The notes beneath the pieces were generated by a model. The model did no database searches. It had not been told where the DNA came from and saw only the letters and a list, made by a program, of their open reading frames with translations. A program made the translations under genes and the position numbers. A stretch of DNA of 64,000 nucleotides. It comes from the human T2T-CHM13v2.0 reference genome, Homo sapiens. Below, in pieces: positions 15,155-25,529 of the stretch (within the stretch, counting starts at the first letter, position 1; every line of letters starts with the position of its first letter). The stretch is taken from assembly GCF_009914755.1 (NCBI RefSeq), contig NC_060927.1; one strand, 5' to 3'.

Positions 15155-17063
15155 TCACCTGGTCTTGATCTTGATATATCTATACTCAAAGACTATAAGC
15201 ATGTTAGCATTTTGGGTCTTAGGTACAAAATCCAAAAATTCTCAAATATCTGGACATTTCCCTTCCTTTGTGATGAATGTATGATCCTTTCAGGAAAGAT
15301 TGGAGAAAATACACACATACACACACACACTGGTCACATTGCAGGTTCTTTCTTAAGAGGACCAGGTGTCTTCTTCAGTTAATGGGCTCTGAGTTTGAGA
15401 ACAATCTCAATATTTGAACAGGACGAGGAATTGTGATTTTCCCATGTTCTTATTTCTTATAAACTTTTCACTTATTTATTTTATACTGTTTATGGAGTTA
15501 GTTCATCCACAAAATATATTTCTTGTTTGTAATTTCATGATAGCTTATATTTAGGTTTGCTAGAAAATACAGAGAAACATTTCTTTCTTCAAAGTTTTAA
15601 TCTCATAGTTTGTTATTAGTAGAATACTGACACATTGCTATGCTATAGATGCTATTGAGTTGTGGCCGTATTAAGACAATCAAAAAGGAATGTTGAGTAG
15701 TATGCATTCCTTCTTCCTAATTTATCAAGATAATCACATGCTTTTTAGATTTGAATTGAACTCTTCACTTGCACAGTATTTGCTTTCAGGTGTTTTCATT
15801 CTAGTAGTGGGAGATTGTTTTGTTTTAGGTCATAAAAGCATTGTCCAACAGAATAAGCACAAAATTAATTACACGTTTTTAAAGAATGGAAAATCCACAC
15901 AAAATTTGTTAGACTTCCCAGAAGCATTAAAGAAATTAGCCACACTCTGCCCAAAAAGAAATATAATGACAAAAACATTTGTTAAGAAAAAAACAAAATA
16001 GCTGAAAATGTGATGTCAAATTGTTCGAAAGAGTCATATTTGTGAACAACCGGCTGGAAAATTTCTTCTTGTGAACAATTCATTTGTTTACCTCTGGAGC
16101 AGGTAGTAAGCTCTCATCTAGCAGGAAGCTACTGGCTGCTGAATACATGAGCACACAGCCAAGTGGGTCCAGTTTCCTCTCCCTTTTCCCTTCATTGGCA
16201 TTTACAACGTATTTAGGGAAACAGCTGGATATGGGGCAGGCCAACCACAGGGAAATATTGATGCTGACTGGAGAAATGGACAAAAGTTTTCCTTGTAACT
16301 TGAACTTTCTTTTCTTCACTTTCGGAGACTGCTTTTTTTTTTTTACATTTTTCCCAAGAAAGATCCAAAGTTTTTTAGACAGAATTTGATTCTAACTGAG
16401 CCAGTTGACAAAAAAAATCTTTTCCTATCATCATGAGGCATGTCAAATTTGAAAGCAAATTCTTCCATTTTGAATATTCTTGTTTCAAAGTAACAAAATT
16501 ATAAAAGCATGACCAGCATATCTAGTGTTATTTGTGTTATTTCTCACTCTGCTGTTTGTAGAGACATTAAAAGAAGATAAGAAGACGACATATGACAGGA
16601 AGCAGGGCAACATAGCAGTCCAGGTGGAATCTGTTCAGTCTCTGGCTCACAGAAGGCTGGAGACTGGCAACTCTAAAGAGAAACAAGTATGTGTTTCACA
16701 AAATATTGGCAAGGGCAAGCAACTGGGACTGATCCTGGCAATCTTTCCCGTATTTGCAAATGGCATATGTTAATGTCCTTTGGCCAGCTGAACACATGAC
16801 AGATATCTTTTAACCAGGTCAGAAAAACACAACATGAAAGCACAATTTGTGCTTCTAGTAGACTCTGGCCTGCACTCTCAAGCAGAAATAGAAACAAAGA
16901 TAGAAACGGGAGATGGCCATGTTCCTACTCTTACTCTAATAATTATCCCTTTTCTTCACTTGTGCATGGTGTTGATAGTTATTGTTCTAAGAACCTTTAT
17001 GTGATGAAACACTTTCATTTAACTTTTCAAATCATTTATATAAAGTTACAAATTGGTTCTGGG

Positions 17064-17720
17064 TTTTTTTTTCATTTTTTTTTAGAGACAGGGTCTCACT
17101 CAGACAGTGGCATGATTACACTTCAATGCAGTCTCCTGGGCTCAGGTGATCTTCCTACCTCAGCATCCCAAGATGCTGGGACTGCAGGTGAGAACAACCA
17201 TGACTGGCTAATATTTTTGTCTTTATTTTTTGCAGAGATAGGGTTCATTAGTTTATTCTTGCATTGCTATAAAGAAATGCATGAACCTGGGTAATTTATA
17301 AGGAAAAGAGGTTTAATTGGCTCACGGTTCTGCAGGCTGTACAAGAAGCATGATGCTGATATCAGCTTAGCTTCCAAGGAAGCCTCAGGAAACTTACAGC
17401 AGAAGGCAAAGGGAGAGCCAGCACTTCACATGGCTGGAGCAGGAGGGATAGAGAGGGGTGTGGGCTACACACTAAACAACGAGATCTCATGATAACTCAC
17501 TCACTATCACAAGAACAGCACTAAGGAGGTGGTTCTAATCCTTTTATAAGAACTCTGCCCCAGTGATCCAGTCACCTCCCACCAGGCCCCACCTGCAACA
17601 ATGGGGACACAATTGAACATGAGATTTGGGTGGGAACACAGATCTAAACCATATCATGGGGTCTCACTTTGTTGCCAAGGCTGGTCTTGAACTCCTGCCC
17701 TCAAGTGGTTTTCTCACCTA
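17064..17720 (-). mobile_element. AluJ-like element split by an MST LTR (Alu parts ~17064-17243 and 17657-17720)
   Basis: poly-T, gagacagggtctcact...ctcaggtgatcttcctacctcagc...gcagagataggg, then the LTR, then tggggtctcactttgttgccaaggctggtcttgaactcctg. Confidence 0.85.
17244..17656 (-). mobile_element. MSTA-like MaLR solo LTR
   Basis: attagtttattcttgcattgctataaagaaat...ggtttaattggctcacggttctgcaggctgtacaagaagcatg...gagatttgggtgggaacacagatctaaaccatatca; 5-bp TSD taggg/tgggg. Confidence 0.9.
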
Positions 17721-17794
17721 ATCATTTTAAAGTTTGCAATTATATTTAATTGTCTCCTTCCTTGCATCCTTCCCTTCTTTTATTTTTTCTTTCT

Positions 17795-18310
17795 ATACAT
17801 AGTATTTTCTTGAGTGTCTGTTATGTGGCAAGCATAATGTTAGTTTGGGGATCACACAGGGAATAATAAAATACCTTCGCAAAGCTTAAAGCCTAGTATA
17901 TCAGAAAGGAAGGTAACCAGATAAATACAGTCCAATGCATTCCATAAATAAAATTCAAAGATACAATGAGAGTACATAAGAGAAGCACCCACTGTACGAG
18001 AAAAGAAATTTTCTTGGAGAAAGTGTCATCTTCAATACCTGAATCTTAAATAAAAATTAGATGGCTATGGGAAGAAAGAGAGAGACCTTAAGAAAGAAAG
18101 AATTACAAGCACAAAAGCCTGGGGTCAGGGGAGGGCACCTCTCAATATAGACTTTCAGAAATAAGAAGAAATATAAAAGATTGAGGTCAGAGTGTAACCA
18201 GAGGTGAGATTTACAACTCCTTGTAAGTAATGCCAAAACATTAAACCTTGTAACCTAAGGAATGGCATGATTAGAATATTAGTTTAAGCAGCAGTGTACA
18301 GACAGTAAAT
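17795..18310 (-). mobile_element. L2 relic (continues at ~19140-19305 and ~20020-20080)
   Basis: ttgagtgtctgttatgtggcaagca...aagcttaaagcctagt...aggaatggcatgattagaat antisense L2 3' pattern. Confidence 0.55.
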
Positions 18311-18329
18311 GGTGGTTCCTTAGCAGTGT

Positions 18330-18532
18330 GCTGTTAGAGTTCATAGTCTAATCACTTTACTATGCTGCCCCTTGAACTCAGTTCATTCAGCTAAAATATT
18401 AATGGGAACATTTAGGTATGTATTTATGGTATATATTTAACAGGATTATTTTAGGGATTATACTATCTAATACATGCTGAGAACTTACAATAATGTTTAG
18501 TAAAGAGTAAACACTAAATAAATGATTGCCAT
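18330..18532 (+). mobile_element. MIR relic
   Basis: caggattattttagggatta...aatacatg...cttacaataatg...gtaaacactaaataaatg MIR 3' end. Confidence 0.55.
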
Positions 18533-19091
18533 TGTGGCGACTCAGAAACCAGGGTTTGGTATGAAGATTGTCTTAAGCGGAAGACATATGAGATTCAACA
18601 GATCAGAGAAAAGCCTTCTAGGATCTTCCTTTATCTGACGAAAAGCATCAACTGCTGGGAAATGAGGCTGCCATAAATTCTCTCCTTGGGATGGGTCTAT
18701 CCCACAACAGAGACTAAAAGTAAAACTTGTAAAACTCTTGTCTTCGAGAAAGCGTCATGGCCAAAAAGAAGACAGAAGACCACTTGCTCTGTCATAAACA
18801 AATATTATCACAAACTCTATCTTCCTCTCATTTTAAAAACCTAGCTGTTTTTCCTAAAAAAATTGATTTGTTCTTCACATAAAGCCTTTACTCCCCTCCT
18901 CTATTTCCCCTAATAAGTTAGGTACTTAAGCCTCTAAATTTAACTATTTAACCAGCTAGCTACTTCTTTTGTTCGCTCCCTTGTGCATGTGAGTACATGA
19001 TTTTTATCCGATTACTCATCTTGTGATGGTTTGATTAATTGGTCACCAGTTCAGAACCTAAGACGGTGGAGGAAAAGTTTTTTCTTCTAGA

Positions 19092-19093
<2 letters not shown>
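18533..19093 (+). mobile_element. ERV1 solo LTR, MER34-family-like
   Basis: tg...ca termini; tatgaagattgtcttaagcggaagaca near the start; agaacctaagacggtggaggaaaagttttttcttctagaca at the end. Confidence 0.65.

Positions 19094-19138
<45 letters not shown>
19093..19138. repeat. (ATT)n microsatellite
   Basis: About 15 perfect att units. Confidence 0.95.
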
Positions 19139-19143
<5 letters not shown>

Positions 19144-19307
19144 AGGACCATTACTCTGGGTACATTATGAAAAATACATCAGGGATGTATAAACAGCACA
19201 GAAAAAAATGTTAGATGTTATTACAGTGGTCCAGCAATAGATGATGCTCAACTAAATTAACATATGGGCTGGGGAGAAGGATGGAAACAGTTTTGACAGG
19301 AGTCAAC

Positions 19308-20018
19308 TGACGAGTGGATGGGAATCACTAATTTGGAAAGCAGAGCTTTATTTCACATAAATAATTGCAGCCTGCTGGGTGGCCATTCTGTCAGGGAAGA
19401 AAGCATAACCTCCAGTCAGAAGCTAGAAACAGACACTTCAAGAGAGACGCAAAGGGAAAAGGAATTTATGCTGAGCAGGGAGTACGAATATATATATTTA
19501 AAAAGCTATAAGTGGAGTTATGAATATTTATTAAAGGAGAAACATGCACATGTGCAATTGAGCTTCATGCCCCTTCATGGGTACTATGTACAAAAAATGG
19601 CCAAGTTAGCAGGATCTGAGGGTGGAGATTTAGGCCCTGTGATGTCAAAAGGTGAAGCAGAAGATGTGAAAAACCTTACTGCTCATCCGCCATAGATACC
19701 AGAACTGCTCCATGGTCCATGGTATCTTATCAGGAAGAAATGCCAGTTGCTTGTTTTGTCGAAACCGCAAAAGGGAGGGGCAGCAGAAAGGTCAGTAGAT
19801 TCTACTCTCCACAGTAGAGTCTTTTAAAGAAACTGGTTCTGTGTAGCCATCAGGGAAGAAAGCCTAAGTACACTTAGCGAGGGATGGGGTAGAACAAGGC
19901 ATGTCTGATCTCCCATCATGACCAAGAACTCAGTTTTCAAGGTTACTCTGGGGTCCCCTTAGCCAAGAGGAGTCCATTTAGTTAGTCATGGGGCTTAGGA
20001 TTTCATTTTTATATCTCA
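19308..20018 (-). mobile_element. ERV1 MER4-group solo LTR (MER66-like)
   Basis: Ends ctctggggtccccttagccaagagg...ggggcttaggatttcatttttatatctca (antisense MER4-group LTR start); gcaattgagcttcatgccccttcatggg internal motif. Confidence 0.7.
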
Positions 20019-20600
20019 GAGGCAAAGTGCAATAGAATGAACAATGCTTAGTGGATGATTGAATGAGTGTGATGTAAAGGATACAGGTATGGATGAAATT
20101 TAACAAATGACAATGGAAGAATATAAATTTAGTGTCCAAAAGTGACAATATTGAACATAATATAAAAGAACTTCTGCTAACTAGCTTAGAAAATATAAGG
20201 ATACTAGTAGCAAAACTAACATCGATAAAACAAACAATTTAAAAGTGTAACACTTCACTTTGTACTGTTAAATTACCAAACCTCAAATAGTTAGAAAATT
20301 CCAACTGAAATGTGAGGAAGAAGAAACTTTATGCGCCGCATGTAGGTTTTGAAATGAGATTACGTGATCAAAATCAGACTATTAATTTCTATACTGGATA
20401 TAGAGCCCAGTAAAACTTTGAAGCATTCCCAAGAAGGGCATATATTGGATATTCATTACACCATTCTGTTGGGACATCAGAAATAAGTGGCATAAAACAA
20501 CAGCTAGGTGTTTACACTGGTAGGTTATATTGTATTCTGAAACTGTCCTAAAGTGTTTGCTGCATCCCCCTGCCTGAGTTCCTTGTAAGAGGAAATTTAT

Positions 20601-20616
20601 ACACACACACACACAG

Positions 20617-20656
<40 letters not shown>
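20601..20656. repeat. (CA)n microsatellite, interrupted
   Basis: (ac)7, agatat, then (ac)~18. Confidence 0.95.
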
Positions 20657-20660
<4 letters not shown>

Positions 20661-20664
20661 GAAC

Positions 20665-21005
20665 ACATTTTCCTGGTTGTTGCTGTATGACTTTTACTTC
20701 TCTCTTGATGGAGGAGTATACTGCTTTCCTACATTTACATGAATTTGGTCTGTGACTTGTTTTGGCCAAGAAAATGAGAGCAGGAATGACTGTCTGCCAA
20801 TTCTGAGCAAAAACTTTAAACAGCAATTTTGCAGTTTCATCAGGTCTTGGGTGGATCTATTTTACTTTATTCCAGAAGGTGGAAGCTACATAGAGCAGAC
20901 TGTGAAAAGCCCTGCAGATTGTGAATAACTACAGCAGCAATGTAAGCAGGAAATACATATTTGTTCTTGCAAGCCCTGGGTATCATTGTGCTTATCCTTT
21001 GGTTA
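20665..21005 (+). mobile_element. MLT1 (I/J-like) MaLR LTR relic
   Basis: tgtgacttgttttggccaagaaaatgagagcagg...ttctgagcaaaaactttaa...aggaaatacatatttgttcttgcaagcc. Confidence 0.6.
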
Positions 21006-21100
21006 CTAATAGTCTTTATCACTTGTAAATTCCTGAAGGTCAGAGGGCATTTTGCTCATCTTTGTGTTTCTAGAAAATACTATTTCCTGGTACCTAGTAG

Positions 21101-21707
21101 TGATGCAGGATTTTCCTTGGTTACTTTGCTACTGGGGGACTTCCAGCTGGTGACGCCCCTGTCAGGGCCTCACTTGGCCACGCTACTTGCTGCAGGAGGT
21201 GGCCCTCCCATGCCCAGCCCACCTGTGTTATAGCACGTACCCATGTTTAGTGGTTCTCAAATTCTTGTCCTGCATCCAAGAAGAATCAGAGTATGCTGAC
21301 AATTGAACGGTAAGGAGGACGAAGAAGAATTGTATTGTGCAACAGAACAGCTCTCAGTGGAGAGGGCACATGGGGGTGCCCTCCCCTTAGTGTGGCTGGG
21401 TCTGTGGCTTTTATAGGCTCAGAATGCAAAGTGCATGCTGGTTGGTTTGTGAATATGCACAAAAGGCTAAAACAAAGACACCACTCAAAGGTGGGCATGA
21501 CACTGTAGAAAACCAGTTAGGAAAGGGTAGGTATATGTAAAATAGGTGAAGGTTGGGAATCAATCAGAAAAAAGCATGCAAAATGGGAAGAGACATTCTC
21601 AATCTGGTCTGAGGATTTACCCGGGGCTGTCTCTGGCTTGAAGGTCAGGTTTCACTGGGGATCAACCCCTGTCTGCCTAGAGATTTGTCTGTCTCCTGCT
21701 ACTATCA
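21101..21707 (-). mobile_element. ERV1 solo LTR, LTR27/LTR28/LTR1-family, inserted in an L2 3' end
   Basis: Starts tgatgcaggatttt; ends ggcttgaaggtcaggtttcactgggga...cccctgtctgcctag...ctcctgctactatca; 4-bp TSD gtag/gcag. Confidence 0.75.
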
Positions 21708-21894
21708 GCAGATATTAAATATATTTTTTAAAAATTTATATTATCCCAGCATCAGTTTAGCTTTTCAGTCATCATCACCCTATGAAGCGGCAAACAGATC
21801 TTCACTAGTGTCACTCTTCAGCAACTTCTGCATTGTAAATTTGGTGATTTAATCATCTTTCCTCTTTCCTCCCTGGAATTTTCTGCTAGACTTT

Positions 21895-22710
21895 TAAAAA
21901 TAGACTTTTCTTATTTAATTGTTTCGGCAGTTTTAGGCTTACAGTAAATTCAGAGGAAGGCACAGAGATTTTTCAAATATCTCTGGCCTCCACACATGCA
22001 TCACCTTCCACATTATTAACATCCCCTATCAGAGTGATATTTGTGACAATAGATGGACCTACACTGACACGTCCTTAAACATATGACACTACAATTATCA
22101 AGATCATAGTTTACATTAGTGTCAATTCTTACTGTTGTACATTGTATGGGTTTGGACAAAGGTATAAATTATGTGAATCCACCATTGCATTTTCATATAG
22201 AAAAGTTTTACTTCCCCAAATATCTTCTGTACTCTGCCTATTTATCTCAACCTTCACTTTGGTGCTTGGTAGCCAATAATTGTTTTACTGTCTCCATAGT
22301 TTTGCCTTTTCTAGAATGTCATGTAATTAGAATCATATAGTATGTAGCCTCTTCAGATGGTCTTCTTTCATTTAGTAATATGCATTTAAGTTCCCTTTCA
22401 TATATTTCATGGCTTGATACCTCTTTTTTTATAGTATTGAATAATATTCTATTGCTTGGATGTACTGCAGTTTGTTGATTTATTCCCCCGCTAAAGGACA
22501 TCTTGGTTGCTTCCAAGTTTTGACCATTATGAATAAAGTTGCTGTAAACATCCATGTGCAAGTATTTGTGTGGACAAAACTTTTTAACTACTTTGGGTAA
22601 ATACCAAGGACATGATTGAAGGATCCTATGGTAATTGCTGGATTGTATGTTGAGTATAATCAGTTTTTTATCTGCCAAACTGTATTCCAAAATGGCTGTA
22701 TCTTTTAATT
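21895..22710 (-). mobile_element. L1MC1/2-like 3' end with ORF2 C-terminal remnant
   Basis: gcagttttaggcttacag...cctacactgacac...gggtttggacaaa...; ggttgcttccaagttttgaccattatgaataaagttgctgtaaacatccatgtgca. Confidence 0.8.
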
Positions 22711-24975
22711 GGTACATTTAGACTATTCAAATTAAAAGTGAATATTGTTATGGCTGGAATCATATCTGCCATATGTTTTTCTGTTTTCTATTTATTATCC
22801 TTTTTCTCTTTTATTTCTTTTCTGCCTTTTGTGGCTTTACTTGAGTGAACACTTTATGATTCCATTATCTCACTTCTCTTAACATATTACTTTTGCTTTT
22901 TTTCACTCTTTAAAGTTTTTGTACTAGAGTTTGCAATATATGTTTTCAACTAATCCAAGTCCACTTTTAAATAAGACAGCACTGCTTTGGGGTAGTGCAA
23001 GTACCTAATGAAAACAAAACAATCCTAATTTCTCCCTACCATCCCTTGAATCATTGCTGTTATCCATTTTGCTTATACATAGGTATACATGAAAACACAC
23101 ACACACACAAGCATACGTATTCAAATACATTGTTTCTATTATTTTGAAGACTGTTATCTCTCAGATCAGTTAAAAATGATATAAATAAATTTTTAAATTT
23201 CACCTTTACCTATTTCTTTTCTGATACTCTCTTTTTTTAATGTAGTTTTGAAGTTCTTACTGATATTATTTTCTTCTCTTTAAGAACTTGTGATATCGTT
23301 GTAAGATGGGTCTCTTGACAACAAAGTCATTCAATTTCTCTTTGAGAAAGGCTTCATTTTTTCTTTGCTTTTGAAGGACAGTTATTTAGAGTATCAAATT
23401 CTAGTTTGGTGTGCATTTTTTTCCCTCACAGCATTTAAAAGAATATATTCAATTATCTTCTTTCTTGCATGAATTCTGAGGAAAACTTGGATGCAATTCT
23501 TATCTATCCACATCTACAGGCAATCTTTGTTTTCCTTTGGCTTCTTTCAGGATCTTTTTCTTTATCTTTGACTTTATGTAGTTCAAAAGTGATATACCTC
23601 ATTGTAGGTTTTCATTTTTATTTTTTGGCATTTATTCTGATTGAACTTCTTGGATCTATGGCTTGATATTGACATTAATTTGTAGAAATTCTCCATCATT
23701 TTTTCTTTGCATATTGATTCTGTTCTTCTCTTCCTTCACATTTTGATATTCCCATAATGTACATTTATACCTTTAAAATTATCCCACAGGATAACATAGA
23801 TATTCTGTTCTTTTTTCTCCAGTCTTTTTTCTCTTTGCTTTTTCAATTTTCGAGGTTTCTATCTAGATAGTCTCAAGTTCAGAAATTCTTTCCTCAACTG
23901 TGTACAGCCTGCTAATGAGACACACAAAGGCATTCTTCATTTCTGTTACAATGTTTTTTATCTCTAGCATATTAGCTCTTTCTTAGAATGTTTATCTCTG
24001 TTAACATTGTCCTGTTTTGCATTTTGCCTATTTTATCCAGAAGAGCTTTTAACATATTAATCATAATTGTTTGAATTCCAAGTCTGATCATTTCCTCATC
24101 CCTGCCACATCCGAGTCTTCTTATGCTTTATTTGTCTTTTTTGTGGGTTTTTTTTCTTTGCCTTTTAGTATGCCTTGTAATTTTTCTTGATATCCAGACT
24201 CCATGATCAAAGGAATGCTGTAAATAGGCTGTTAGTAATGTTGTGGTAAGGTGTGAAGGAGGAGAAGTGTTCTGTGGTCCTATGATTAAATTTCAACCTT
24301 TTAGTGAGCCTATGCCTCTAGAATGAGAACTTTCTAAGTGCTTTTCTGTTTTGACTCCCATCTCCATGAGATTGGACAGCATGACTAAAGTGGGCTGAAG
24401 GCTGGAGTTGAGTATTTCTTTTCTCCTACTTGGAAGGCTTCAGGAGGCTGGAGTTGGGTATCTTACTTCCTCCAGGTCAGTTAGGCTCTGATCCAACCCT
24501 AGAATATTAGACTTTAGCTCATTAGTTTCTTCTCACAGCTGACCTTGTTAATAAGAACAGAATACTCTGATATATTTTAAAATGATTCCTCTCCTCTTTC
24601 CCCTCCAGAGGGTATTTTTCTCTGATGTTCACTGTGAAAAAGAGGTGAAGCTCCACCAGATAAAATTTACAAAAATTAACCCCTCCCCACTGCCATGACA
24701 GGTTCCTCTGTAGTTTTGACCCAAAGTTGCCCATACTGAGCCTCCAGCAATTAGTCAATTGCAGTTTAGATTTTCCTACCCTGGCATTTTCCTGCCCTGG
24801 CCACAGATGTTTCAACTTTTGGGTTTCTGTGCTGAGCTGATAAGAATTCATTTCTCCTACGGATCTAAACTAACCGGTTACTGATTTTTCAATTTGTTTA
24901 GCATTTTACTTACTGTTGGAATGAAGTGGCTACATTTCCAACCTTCTCACATGACAGACTGCAAACTGTAAGTTC
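22711..24975 (-). mobile_element. Old L1M 5' portion (inter-ORF/ORF1/5'UTR, L1MCa/MDa-like)
   Basis: T-rich antisense L1 ORF1-type text (ttgaaggacagttattt...gagtatcaaattctagtttgg; ttctttcctcaactgtgtacagcctgctaatgag). Confidence 0.65.
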
Positions 24976-25103
24976 TCCGTTGTACTTTTGTTTGGAGGAA
25001 TAGAGTCTTTGTGAGAATACACACATAACAAAGTGTGCTAATCACAGTACAAAGTGCACCAATCTCTTCCAATCCTGGAGGATGGAACGCTTTTAATTCA
25101 GCA

Positions 25104-25529
25104 TGTTTAAATAACAAACAGGGAGAGGCTATGTAAAAGAAACATATTTATTTAGGTATAGAACATCACAATGGAAATTCAGGTACCGTAGCATACTATG
25201 TGCATATTTAGAGAGGTGAAAACATTTAAGGAAAAAACAGGGAGGATACCTAATTGTTTTAAAATAATCATCTTTGGTTACGAAGATCAATAACAAGGGT
25301 GTCACCAGTTTGAGACTGCACACGCAGTTGCTGGAAAGATATCTTTACAGAAGTATTTGTGTGTGTGTGAGGTTGTGTGTGTGTGCTAAGTTGTAGTTTT
25401 TGCAGTCTTTTTTGCTATCAGACATACAAGTATGATAATTATCTCTTTTTGAACTTCCTTGGCTCCATTATTTATTTTTTTCTTTTTTTTAACATTAGTA
25501 ACCCCACTTTGGTTCTGATAACCTTCACA
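25104..25529 (-). mobile_element. MER65-like ERV1 LTR (3' LTR of provirus)
   Basis: aaataacaaacagggagaggct...gatcaataacaagggtgtcacc...tatcagacatacaagt...aacattagtaaccccactttggttctgataaccttcaca; homologous to 32711-33102; antisense polypurine tract tttatccctttt immediately follows (25530-25541). Confidence 0.8.

Noticed and set aside
19318-19695. 125-aa ORF
   Set aside because: Entirely inside an antisense LTR; no recognisable domain
20382-20826. Cys/Val-repeat ORFs; likewise the Tyr/Ile-repeat ORFs at 31554-31858 and 62095-62316
   Set aside because: Translations of microsatellites
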